Origin: Pseudomonadota bacterium | GTDB lineage: Bacteria; Pseudomonadota; Gammaproteobacteria; Burkholderiales; Thiobacillaceae | DNA: 64,000 nucleotides | Assembly (NCBI GenBank): GCA_049322515.1 | Contig: JBMOQW010000012.1 | Location: 204,023 to 268,022, forward strand | Reading direction: 5' to 3' | Shown: positions 31,185 to 40,007 of the stretch, piece after piece | How positions within the stretch are numbered: the first letter of the stretch is position 1 | Layout: each line of letters opens with the position of its first letter | Made by a program: the position numbers and the translations under genes | Notes under the pieces: model-generated | What the model saw: the letters and a program-made list of their open reading frames with translations, nothing else | What the model was told of the DNA's origin: nothing | Databases searched by the model: none

Positions 31185-31921
31185 CACTTGCCCTCCAGGA
31201 TGGCGGCGACCCACTCGGTCTGGCGTTCGCGTTCCAGGATGATGCCGCGCACCCGATACAACGCCATGGCGATGGTGTAGAACCAGGCCGCGAAAGCCAT
31301 CACCAGCATGCCGATCAGCATGATCGAGGCCATGCTCGGTGCCTTGGTCAGGCTGATGCTGGCGCCCTGGTGCAGGGTGTTCCACCATTTCACGGAAAAA
31401 TAGATGATCGGCACGTTGACGGCCCCGACCAGGATCAGCAAGGCGCCGGCCTTGTCACCCCGGCGCGGATCATCGATGGCCGACCACAGGGCCATGATGC
31501 CGACATAGAGGAAGAACAGGATCAGCGCCGAAGTCAGGCGGGCATCCCACACCCACCAGGCCCCCCACATCGGCTTGCCCCACAGCGCGCCGGTCCACAG
31601 TGACAAGAAGGCGAACACCGCGCCGGTCGGAGCCAGCGCGCGCGCCATCATGAACGACAGCCGGGTATTCCAGGCCAGGCCGATGGCGGCCCAGAAGGCC
31701 ATCACCAGATAGATGAACATCGACATCCAGGCCGCCGGCACGTGGATGAAGATGACCCGGTAGGCCTCGCCCTGCTGGAAATCGGTCGGCGCGACGAAGA
31801 AGGCGAGGTAGAGGCCGACCGCACAGAGCAGGGCCGAACTCCAGGCGAACCAGGGAATCAGCCGGCCAGCGAGCCCGTAGAAGGTCATCGGCGCGGCGTA
31901 CTTGAACAGAGCAATGGACAT
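31184..31921 (-). CDS. ccmC: Heme exporter protein C
   Basis: HVPAAW, WGKPMWGAWWVWDARLTS, WWNTLHQ. Confidence 0.96.
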   Translation of the reverse strand: MSIALFKYAAPMTFYGLAGRLIPWFAWSSALLCAVGLYLAFFVAPTDFQQGEAYRVIFIHVPAAWMSMFIYLVMAFWAAIGLAWNTRLSFMMARALAPTGAVFAFLSLWTGALWGKPMWGAWWVWDARLTSALILFFLYVGIMALWSAIDDPRRGDKAGALLILVGAVNVPIIYFSVKWWNTLHQGASISLTKAPSMASIMLIGMLVMAFAAWFYTIAMALYRVRGIILERERQTEWVAAILEGK

Positions 31922-31923
31922 GG

Positions 31924-32592
31924 TCACTCGATGGATACACGCAGGGCCGCCGAAGCCACCCAGGGCGACACCAGCAAGGTCATCACCATGAAGGCTGCGA
32001 GCAGCGACAGGTTGGCTTCGGCACCAAGGCCGGCCAGCGCGGCATCGACCGCGCCGGCGCCGAAGATCAGGGCCGGAACATACAAGGGCAGGATCAGCAA
32101 CGTCAACAATACCCCTCCGCCGCGCAGGCCCAAGGTCAACGCCGCGCCGACGCTGCCGAGCAAGGACAGCACCGGCGTCCCGATCAACAAGGACAGCACG
32201 AGCACGCCGATCGCCTCGGCCGGCAAGGCGAACTGCACGCCGAGCACCGGCGCGATCAGCAGCAGCGGGATGCCATAGATGAGCCAATGGGCCAGCGCCT
32301 TGCCGAGCGCCAGCAGGACCGGCGGATGCGGCGACAGCAAAATCTGTTCCAGGCTGCCGTCCCGGTGGTCGTCGGCAAACAGCCGCGACAGCGACAACAG
32401 CGAGGCCAGCAGGGCGGCCACCCAGACCACGCCGGGCGCCACCTTGGCCAGGATCACCGGATCCGGCCCGATCCCGAGCGGGAACATGCTCACCACCATG
32501 ACGAAGAAAAACTGCGAGGTGAGCCAGTCGCCCTTGCGCCGGGCGGCCAGTTTCAAGTCACGGCGGATCACCGTGATCAGGAAGCGCAGCAC
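31924..32592 (-). CDS. ccmB: Heme exporter protein B
   Basis: RRDLKLAARR, DDHRDGSLEQ, LPLYVPALIFG; GTG start. Confidence 0.93.
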   Translation of the reverse strand: MLRFLITVIRRDLKLAARRKGDWLTSQFFFVMVVSMFPLGIGPDPVILAKVAPGVVWVAALLASLLSLSRLFADDHRDGSLEQILLSPHPPVLLALGKALAHWLIYGIPLLLIAPVLGVQFALPAEAIGVLVLSLLIGTPVLSLLGSVGAALTLGLRGGGVLLTLLILPLYVPALIFGAGAVDAALAGLGAEANLSLLAAFMVMTLLVSPWVASAALRVSIE

Positions 32593-33254
32593 TCGGCCTC
32601 CGCCTCGATCGGGGTCAGCACCGGTCCGACCTGCAAGGGCACCACGTCGACGCCCTCCAGGGCCAAAGGCTGGTGGGTGGTCATCACCACCATGCCGCCG
32701 GTGCGGACATGGTCGCGCAGCAAGCCTTCGACCATGGCCACGCCATGGATGTCGAGCCCGGTGAGCGGCTCGTCGAGGATCCACAGACGGGCACCGGCAT
32801 TGACCAGACCAGCCAGCGCCACCCGGCGCCGCTGGCCGAACGACAACACCCGGCAGGGCAGGTCCAGACAACGGGCCAGGCCGATCTCGACCAGGGCCTG
32901 CTCGGCTTCGGCCTCGGCCATGGGTGCGCGCGCCAGTTCCGCGGCGAGGCGCAGGTTCTCGACCGGGGTCAGTTCATCCTTGATGCCGTTCAAATGACCC
33001 AGATAGGCCATTTCCCGGTGGTATGCGTCGCGGTTGTTCTGAATCGCCTCGCCGCGCCAGCGAATCTCGCCGGCCAGGGGTTCGGCGAGCCCGGTCAGCA
33101 AGCGCAGCAAGCTGGTCTTGCCGCGCCCGTTGCCGCCTTGCACCAGCAACAGCTGACCCGCCGAGAGGACGAAATTCATGGCCTCGAACAGGGTGCGCTC
33201 GCCGCGGGCGCAGGCGAGGTCGTGCACGGTAAGCAAGGGGGTGGAATCGGTCAT
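32577..33254 (-). CDS. ccmA: Heme ABC exporter ATP-binding protein
   Basis: GGNGRGKT, LSFGQRRR, WILDEP, TTHQ. Confidence 0.93.
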   Translation of the reverse strand: MTDSTPLLTVHDLACARGERTLFEAMNFVLSAGQLLLVQGGNGRGKTSLLRLLTGLAEPLAGEIRWRGEAIQNNRDAYHREMAYLGHLNGIKDELTPVENLRLAAELARAPMAEAEAEQALVEIGLARCLDLPCRVLSFGQRRRVALAGLVNAGARLWILDEPLTGLDIHGVAMVEGLLRDHVRTGGMVVMTTHQPLALEGVDVVPLQVGPVLTPIEAEAECCAS

Positions 33255-33319
33255 GGGAAGCGGGGCTGACAAGCCTTTGGAGGATACCGACAAACACTGT
33301 CCAGGCAAAGCCGGACCAT

Positions 33320-33346
33320 AAAAAGGGGCCGGCTCGCGCCGGCCCC
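33320..33346 (-). terminator. Intrinsic terminator after the octaheme nitrite reductase
   Basis: GGGGCCGGC-loop-GCCGGCCCC followed by TTTTT on the minus strand. Confidence 0.75.
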
Positions 33347-33366
33347 AAAGACTGCTGGTGAAAAGA

Positions 33367-35079
33367 TTACTTGGCCGCGGTCTTCATCTTGGCCAGCTCT
33401 TCCTTCAGCAGCTTGATGCCGGCCTGGGAGGCATCGATGGAACGGGTCAGCGACTCGCGGGCATCATCCGGGTTGTGGAAGCCATCCGAGTTCTCGGCGG
33501 TCCACCATTCCCAATACAGGTTGGCGTCGTATTGCAGGTCGTAGGCCTTGTTCATCACCTCGGCGGACACACCGGCTTCCTTGGCCTTCATGATCACGTC
33601 GATATACTGGGCGATCCAGAATTCGGCCTTGGCCATCTTGCCGCGGATATACCCCTGGATGGCCTCCATGTGGTAGCGCGCGTCATCCTCGGTCCATTCC
33701 TTGTGGCAGTTCAGGCAAGCGGCTTTGAGGTTGTAGCGCGGCGAGATCTGCTGGTGATTGGTGGTCACCTTGCCGTTCGCGTGCTTCTTCTTAGTCATGT
33801 GGCAGTCCTTGCACTCGACGCCCGCTTTCTCGTGCTTGGAACCCCAGTAGGTTTCCATTTCCGGGTGCTGGATCTTGGGCAACAGGGCGCCGGTGCTGGC
33901 GTGCTTGAAGTCCTTGAACTTGTTCTGCCCGACCATCTTGTCCTTGTAGCCGAACACGTTGGTCCAGGTGAACAGGTTGGTGCGCGGGTCGGCCATGGTC
34001 ACATACTTCGGATTGGCCGGGTCGGAACAATCGAAGCCGGGGCCGCAGTTGTATTCCACGTGGCACTGGGCGCACATCAGGTTGGAATCGGATTTCGAGA
34101 GCAGGCCGATGGCACGAAAATCCTTGCCGTCACGTTGGAAGGTGACCTTGGTCATCTTGCTCTTTTCGCTCTTGGCCTTGTCCTGCGGGTAGGTGCCTTC
34201 CTTGCGGTCGACCACCGCCTGGATCAGGGCGTCACGGACCACGCGCGGCGCGGCGGAGTGTGGGTCATGACACATGTAGCAGTTGAGCGGATGGTTCACA
34301 CCCCGCGCAAACTCGACCGGCTTGGAAGTGCGATCCCACTTGGCCTTCGGGTCCTTGTCGCCCATGTATTTCCAGTCCAGGATGTGGTCCTGCGTCTTGC
34401 AGTTCATGCAGACCGGGTTCACCGCCGTCACCGTCTGGCGCATGAAAATCTTTTGATCGGAGGTCGAGGGTTCCTTGTCGACGATCACGTTCCAGGCGCC
34501 GTTGGCAGCCAGTTCAGCCTTGTTGACATAGGTCCAGTCCTTGAACTGCATGCGACCGCCGAAGGCACGATCCACCACCCATTGATCGACCAGCATGAAG
34601 GCGTGCGAGCGGGGCTCGTTGTGCTCCTTGGTGAAACCGTAGCCTTCCATCAGCTTGTCGAACAAGGGCGAACGGCTCTTGGTGGTGGCCTTCTCCACCC
34701 GTGCCTTCGATTCCAGATTGGTCTGCACGAAGCTGTTGTACTGCTCGACGTGACAAGTGGCGCAGGCGCGATGGTCCTTGATGGTATTCGGCCGGGTGCC
34801 CATCTTGCTGCCCTTGGCGGTCTTCTGATGTTCGGCGGCATCATTGTGGCAATGCGCACAGTTCACCGTGGCGTGGCGACCACCGGTATGAAACTCCTCG
34901 ATGTTCTCGTGGCAGGAATAACACTTCTTGGCGTCCACCGGCTTGATCGGATCGGCCTTGGCCGGCACCGGGGGCGGCATTTGTGGCCTGGGAATGTCCA
35001 CGACCGCCTGGGCACCGAAGCCGATCAGCGAGAACGCCGCAGCCAGTGCCAAGCGACCTAATTGGGTCGTCATGCTCAT
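33367..35079 (-). CDS. Octaheme cytochrome c nitrite reductase (TvNiR/ONR-type, ammonia-forming)
   Basis: Sec signal; 7 CxxCH plus active-site CMNCK; [30 protein letters not shown]. Confidence 0.92.
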   Translation of the reverse strand: MSMTTQLGRLALAAAFSLIGFGAQAVVDIPRPQMPPPVPAKADPIKPVDAKKCYSCHENIEEFHTGGRHATVNCAHCHNDAAEHQKTAKGSKMGTRPNTIKDHRACATCHVEQYNSFVQTNLESKARVEKATTKSRSPLFDKLMEGYGFTKEHNEPRSHAFMLVDQWVVDRAFGGRMQFKDWTYVNKAELAANGAWNVIVDKEPSTSDQKIFMRQTVTAVNPVCMNCKTQDHILDWKYMGDKDPKAKWDRTSKPVEFARGVNHPLNCYMCHDPHSAAPRVVRDALIQAVVDRKEGTYPQDKAKSEKSKMTKVTFQRDGKDFRAIGLLSKSDSNLMCAQCHVEYNCGPGFDCSDPANPKYVTMADPRTNLFTWTNVFGYKDKMVGQNKFKDFKHASTGALLPKIQHPEMETYWGSKHEKAGVECKDCHMTKKKHANGKVTTNHQQISPRYNLKAACLNCHKEWTEDDARYHMEAIQGYIRGKMAKAEFWIAQYIDVIMKAKEAGVSAEVMNKAYDLQYDANLYWEWWTAENSDGFHNPDDARESLTRSIDASQAGIKLLKEELAKMKTAAK

Positions 35080-35197
35080 GATGTTTCCTCCTTGAATACC
35101 AACATTGGCGCACGGGACAGCGCGCCTCCGGACCGCTCAAACGCTGTTTGCCATGGTGTTCATCGATCCCCCTTTCCTGCCAGATCCCAATCAAGTG

Positions 35198-36514
35198 TCA
35201 GGCGAACGAATCCGCCATGATGTTCTTCAGCCAGCCGGTCGCGTATTCCGACTCCAGCTTGCGTTGCAGCTTGAGCTGGGCCTCGTCCGGCAGGTTCACC
35301 GGCGAGATGCCACCAGCCTCCTGGATGTAGACCAGCTTGCCGTCCTTCACCCGGTAGACGTGCACCACCGAGAAGCCCCAATCCTTGTCGGTGATCGAAT
35401 AGCAGGTATTGACGAAGAACGGCTCGGGCGCGGGCAGGCCGTTCAGCTTGGCGATGATGGCGCCGGCGGCGACCTTGGCCTGGGTCGAAGCCGAGTGCGC
35501 GGATTTCGGCGCGCCATAGACCGGCAGGTCGCCGTGCACGCAGGCATCGCCGACCACCCAGATGTCCTTGTGGACTTTGGATTCCATGGTCAGCATGTCG
35601 ACCGAGCACCAGCCCTTTTCATTGGTCAGACCGGCATTCTTGGCCACCATGCCGGCATGATGCGGCGGGATGATATTGAGCACGTCGGCCTTGTAGTCGC
35701 CGAAATCGGTGTAGGCGGTGTTGCGCTTGGCATCCATCTTGATCACCTTGCCCCCGGCGGCGCCGGCCACCCATTCGATCATGCCGGGGTATTGCATCTT
35801 CCAGGCCTGCTCGAACAAGCCCTTCTTGGAGAAGGAGTCGTTGGCATCCAGGATCAGCACCTTGGACTTGCCCTTGCCGTGATCACGCAGATAGTTGGCC
35901 ACCTGGGCGGCGCGTTCGTAAGGGCCGGGCGGGCAACGGAACGGGCCGGGCGGCACCGTGATGACGAAAGTGCCGCCATCCTGCATGGACTCCAGCTGTT
36001 TCTTCAATGCCAGGGTCTGGGGACCCGCCTTCCAGGCGTGGGGATGGGTGGTGTTGGCCAGTTCCTCGCTGTAGCCGGCGATGGCTGCATAATTGAAATC
36101 GATGCCAGGCGACACCACCAGGGCATCGTACTTGAGCGTCTTGCCACTCTTCAGGCTGACCGACTTCTTGGCCGGGTCGATGCCGGTGGCATCATCGAAC
36201 ACCAGATGGATGCCCCGCTTGGCGAGACCGTCATAGCCGATCTGCAAGTCTTCCAGCTTGCCATGGCCGGACAGCACCTCGTTCGACAGCGGGCAGGAAG
36301 TGTAAATCTTCTGGCGCTCGACCAGGGTGACGTCCAGACCCGGGTCCATCAGCTTCAGGTATTTGGCGGCGGTGGCGCCGCCGAAGCCGCCACCGATGAC
36401 GACGATCTTGGCCTTGACGCCGGCGTGGGCGGCCTGGGGCACGGCCAGGCAGGCCGACGCCGGCGCGGCGGCGATGGCGGCCTTGATGAATGCGCGACGA
36501 TTGAACGAGCTCAT
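35198..36514 (-). CDS. fccB: Flavocytochrome c sulfide dehydrogenase flavoprotein subunit (FccB/SoxF)
   Basis: Tat signal NRRAFIK, GGGFGGATAA, CPLSN, CPPGPYERA, PKSA, NTCYS. Confidence 0.92.
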   Translation of the reverse strand: MSSFNRRAFIKAAIAAAPASACLAVPQAAHAGVKAKIVVIGGGFGGATAAKYLKLMDPGLDVTLVERQKIYTSCPLSNEVLSGHGKLEDLQIGYDGLAKRGIHLVFDDATGIDPAKKSVSLKSGKTLKYDALVVSPGIDFNYAAIAGYSEELANTTHPHAWKAGPQTLALKKQLESMQDGGTFVITVPPGPFRCPPGPYERAAQVANYLRDHGKGKSKVLILDANDSFSKKGLFEQAWKMQYPGMIEWVAGAAGGKVIKMDAKRNTAYTDFGDYKADVLNIIPPHHAGMVAKNAGLTNEKGWCSVDMLTMESKVHKDIWVVGDACVHGDLPVYGAPKSAHSASTQAKVAAGAIIAKLNGLPAPEPFFVNTCYSITDKDWGFSVVHVYRVKDGKLVYIQEAGGISPVNLPDEAQLKLQRKLESEYATGWLKNIMADSFA

Positions 36515-36527
36515 GAGGGTCTCCTGA

Positions 36528-37180
36528 TTATTTCGGCTGGGCGGCGTAGTACTGGGCGGCATGGGCGACATCGGCCTCGTCCAGCTTCTTGGCGTTGTTG
36601 CGCATTTTCTTGTGCGGCATCAGCACCGATTCGGTGCGGTATTTGAGCAACTCCAGCTCCAGGTACTTGGCCCATTGGCCGTTCAACCGCGGGGTATCCT
36701 CATCGTCCGGCTCGCCGCCGGTGACGCCGTGGCAGGTCTCGCAGCGCTCGGTGGCATCCTTGCCCTTGGCCAGGACATCAGCCCCGGCCTTCTGCACCAC
36801 CGGCACCCACGGCTTCTTGCTGAAATAGGCGGCCAGGGCAGCGAGTTCCTCGTCGCTATAGCCCTTGAAATGACGGCCCATGGTGGCGGAATAGCGTTCA
36901 CCCGACTTCCATTGCAGCATCACGTGCTGTCGCTATAGCCCTTGAAATGACGGCCCATGGTGGCGGAATAGCGTTCACCCGACTTCCATTGCAGCATCAC
37001 GTGCTTGAGATAGGTTTCCGACAGACCACCGATGCTGGGCATGGTCGGGCCGACGGACACGCCATTCATGCCATGGCAGTTGTTGCAAGTGTGGGCCAGC
37101 GCCTCGATGTTGCCGGCGACCGACACGCCCGAGACTGCCAGGCCGGCAGCCAGGATGGCCACCTCTAGACGATTCCTCAT
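36528..37180 (-). CDS. fccA: Diheme cytochrome c subunit of flavocytochrome c (FccA), apparently frameshifted by a 77-bp duplication
   Basis: Removing one 77-bp copy restores a 191-aa ORF with signal peptide, CNNCH and CETCH. Confidence 0.85.
36852..37005. repeat. Exact 77-bp tandem duplication (36852-36928 / 36929-37005)
   Basis: Two identical copies of GTCGCTATAGCC...CATCACGTGCT. Confidence 0.95.
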
Positions 37181-37281
37181 AATCCCCTCCAGGACACGTG
37201 ACACGAAGGGACTCGCCCGCCTGGACAAGCCCATGTATATGTACTGGAGCCGATGGTATCGAGGCACGTCGTCAACAAACC

Positions 37282-37295
37282 TTGATAGCCATCAA
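37282..37295 (-). promoter_or_regulatory. Consensus FNR/DNR box heading fccA-fccB-onr
   Basis: TTGAT-AGCC-ATCAA; -10-like TACCAT at 37258-37253 gives approximately class II spacing. Confidence 0.85.
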
Positions 37296-37427
37296 ATTTT
37301 CATCGAATAGCCAGGTTTGTTTTGGGGGATTGGCGCATTTCCAGGTAAAGCCAACCTGGCCGCGATCCGCCGGGAACCCCAGGTGACGCGATGCGCGGCG
37401 TTTGAGGAGCCGCGCCGAGGGGCCGAA

Positions 37428-38600
37428 TCAGCCCTGGGCGCGGGCGCCCAGTTGGGCGATCTGCTCGGGATTCAGGGTTTCCAGCCACTTGCGCACGCGG
37501 CTGGCATCACCGATGCGCGACAGCTTGCCCCAGGAGTCGAGCAGGACCACGATCACCGGCCGGTTAGCGATGCGCGCCTGCATGACCAGACAATGCCCGG
37601 CTTCGTTGATGTAGCCGGTCTTGGACACCCCGATGTCCCAGTCGGGGTTGCGGGTCAGGGCGTTGGTGTTGTTGAAGGCGACATGGCGCATCACCTCGCG
37701 GGACACCTTGCGCACCTTGCCGTGTTCCTTGATCTTCACGGTCTGACGGCCCGGCACGCTGATGCCGAACTGGCCGGTACTCGAGATGCGTCGGATCTCC
37801 GGATAGTCGTAGGCGGCATCGACCAGCTTGGCCAGGTCGGCGGCGGTGGAGCGATTGTTGCTGTCCAGGCCGGTGCCGTCGACGAACCAGGTGTTGCTCA
37901 TGCCCAGGACGGCCGCCTTGCGGTTCATGGCCTGGATGAACGCCTCACGACCGCCCGGGTAGGCGCGCGACAGGGCGGCAGCGGCACGATTTTCGGAGGC
38001 GATCAGGGCCAGGTTGAGCAACTCCTCGCGGCTCAGGGTGGTGCCCAGGGCCAGACGGGAGCCGGTGTACTTGAGGCGGTCGACGTCTTCCATGCCGATG
38101 GTGATGTCCTCGGACATGGCGAGGCCTGCGTCGAGCACCACGATGGCAGTCATCAACTTGGTGATCGAGGCGATCGGCGTGGCGACATCGGGGTTCTTGG
38201 CATAGAGGGCATGACCGGTGCGCTGGTCGAGCACCATCACGGCGGCGGAACGCAATTCCAGGTCATCGCTGTTGGCGAGACCATAGGAGACTTGCAGGGG
38301 CGCCGTCGCCAGGCTGTGCGGACGGGGAGCCTCCTGGGCTTCGCTGACGATCCTGCGAGCCTTGATCCTGGCTTTCTTCTTGGTCGCCTTGATCTTCTTC
38401 TTGGCGCTTGCCTTGACTTTCTTCTTGGATGCCTTGGCCTTGACCTTTTTCTTGCTCGCCTGGGCGTTCTTGCTGACCTTGGCTGTCGCGCTCTTGGTGC
38501 TGGACGGGGCGCGTTCGGCGGCTTCCGCCAGGGGCGCACCCAGGGCCAGCAGGAACGACATCAGATAGGCGATCAGTTTTTTCATTCGCGTCAAAGTCAT
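37428..38600 (-). CDS. pbpG: D-alanyl-D-alanine endopeptidase (PBP7-like) with Lys/Ala-rich N-terminal linker
   Basis: ASITKLM, SEN, SKTGYINEAGHC; alternative start at 38585. Confidence 0.88.
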   Translation of the reverse strand: MTLTRMKKLIAYLMSFLLALGAPLAEAAERAPSSTKSATAKVSKNAQASKKKVKAKASKKKVKASAKKKIKATKKKARIKARRIVSEAQEAPRPHSLATAPLQVSYGLANSDDLELRSAAVMVLDQRTGHALYAKNPDVATPIASITKLMTAIVVLDAGLAMSEDITIGMEDVDRLKYTGSRLALGTTLSREELLNLALIASENRAAAALSRAYPGGREAFIQAMNRKAAVLGMSNTWFVDGTGLDSNNRSTAADLAKLVDAAYDYPEIRRISSTGQFGISVPGRQTVKIKEHGKVRKVSREVMRHVAFNNTNALTRNPDWDIGVSKTGYINEAGHCLVMQARIANRPVIVVLLDSWGKLSRIGDASRVRKWLETLNPEQIAQLGARAQG

Positions 38601-38621
38601 GCGAGGGTGACAGCAGTGCCT

Positions 38622-38648
38622 TTATCGGCGGTTACGAAAACAACTTTA
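38622..38648 (-). promoter_or_regulatory. sigma28 (FliA) promoter
   Basis: TAAAGTTG-N11-GCCGATAA on minus strand. Confidence 0.8.
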
Positions 38649-38667
38649 GAAACAGCTTTAAGTTTTT

Positions 38668-39519
38668 TCAAGCCTTGCGCCCCAGCAGCCCTTCCAGGCT
38701 GCGAACGATGTCGCCCGGCAGGAGCACGGTCTTGCTGCCGTTGGCGCTGGCCATCTCCTTGAGCGAGGCGATGTACTTCTCGCCCAGCATGTAGAGCGCC
38801 GGCAGTTCCTTGTCGGGGATCGCCGCCGAAATGCGCCGGATCGCCTCGGCCGAAGCCTCGGCCAGGCGCACTTGCGCTTCGGCGTCGCGCTTGGCGGCCT
38901 CCAGGCGCGCTTCTGCTTCCAGGATGGCCGCCTGTTTGTCGCCTTCGGCCTTGGTCACGGTGGCCTTGCGCTCCCGCTCGGCGGCGGCTTGCAGTTCCAT
39001 GGATTTCTGCATGGTGGCCGAGGGCGAGATGTCCTGGATCTCGACCGACTTCAGGGTCAGGCCCCAGTCCGACACGTCGTCGGCGATGGAATCCTTCAGC
39101 TTGGCCTTGATCTGGTCCCGGCTGGACAGGGCCTCGTCGAGGTCCATGGCACCGATGATGGCGCGCAGCGTGGTCTGCACCAGGTTCATCACCGCGATCT
39201 GGAAATTGGTCACGCCATACACCGCGCTCTGGGTGTCGGTCACCTTGACGAAGGCGATGGCGTTGGTCACCAGCACGGCGTTGTCGCGGGTGATCACTTC
39301 CTGCTGCGGGATATCGAGGATCAGGTCCTTGGTGGTGACCTTGTAGGCCAGGTTGTCGATGTAGGGGATCAGCACGTGCAGGCCGGGCATCAGGGTCTTC
39401 AGGTACTTGCCCAGGCGTTCGACCACCCATTCCTCGCCCTGCGGCACGATGCGCACGCCCTTCCAGAGCGTGACGAAGAGAAAGACGATCAATACGATGG
39501 ATACGATCTCGCCGCCCAT
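38668..39519 (-). CDS. SPFH/band 7 (QmcA-like) protein
   Basis: VPQGEEWVVERLGKY, QEVITRDN, AERERKA. Confidence 0.92.
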   Translation of the reverse strand: MGGEIVSIVLIVFLFVTLWKGVRIVPQGEEWVVERLGKYLKTLMPGLHVLIPYIDNLAYKVTTKDLILDIPQQEVITRDNAVLVTNAIAFVKVTDTQSAVYGVTNFQIAVMNLVQTTLRAIIGAMDLDEALSSRDQIKAKLKDSIADDVSDWGLTLKSVEIQDISPSATMQKSMELQAAAERERKATVTKAEGDKQAAILEAEARLEAAKRDAEAQVRLAEASAEAIRRISAAIPDKELPALYMLGEKYIASLKEMASANGSKTVLLPGDIVRSLEGLLGRKA

Positions 39520-39520
39520 G

Positions 39521-39964
39521 TCAGCCTCCTAGCTGTTCCACTTTCAAGGTTTGTCCCAGCACGTCCACCACCTTGGCCTTGACGCCCTGCGGGATCGGGG
39601 CATCGGCCACCACCGGCCAGCGGTCGGCACCCAGTACCGGCCGCTGGAACAGGATCTCACCCGGTTCGGTCTCGGTCACCGGCCGGGTCATCAGGCCGGC
39701 CAGGCCGATCACGCCGGCTTTGGCCTGGCCGGCGCGAGTCCGGTTCGGGTTCTTGAACCACTTGAGCCAAATGCCCATCATGGCCATCGAGGCCACGGCC
39801 CACAGCACCAGTTGTGTGGCGAACCCCGGTACCGCAACCAAGGTGACCACGCCGACCAGCAGGGCGCCCAGCCCGAACCAGATCAGGAAAAACGTCGGGA
39901 TCAGCATTTCCAGGCCAACCAGGAGCATGCCGAGCACCAGCCAGTGCCACCAGACCAAGTCCAT
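39521..39964 (-). CDS. NfeD-like (YbbJ) membrane protein
   Basis: WWHWLVLG..LEM..P.FFLIWFG, C-terminal OB fold; paired with the SPFH gene. Confidence 0.88.
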   Translation of the reverse strand: MDLVWWHWLVLGMLLVGLEMLIPTFFLIWFGLGALLVGVVTLVAVPGFATQLVLWAVASMAMMGIWLKWFKNPNRTRAGQAKAGVIGLAGLMTRPVTETEPGEILFQRPVLGADRWPVVADAPIPQGVKAKVVDVLGQTLKVEQLGG

Positions 39965-40007
39965 CCTGTTTCCCCGTGTGTTCAGTGAACAGCCGCCATT
40001 GTGCCAT

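Noticed and set aside
36528-37267. Two separate monoheme cytochrome genes, or a true fccA pseudogene
   Set aside because: Both fragments join into one intact diheme ORF once the 77-bp duplicate is removed
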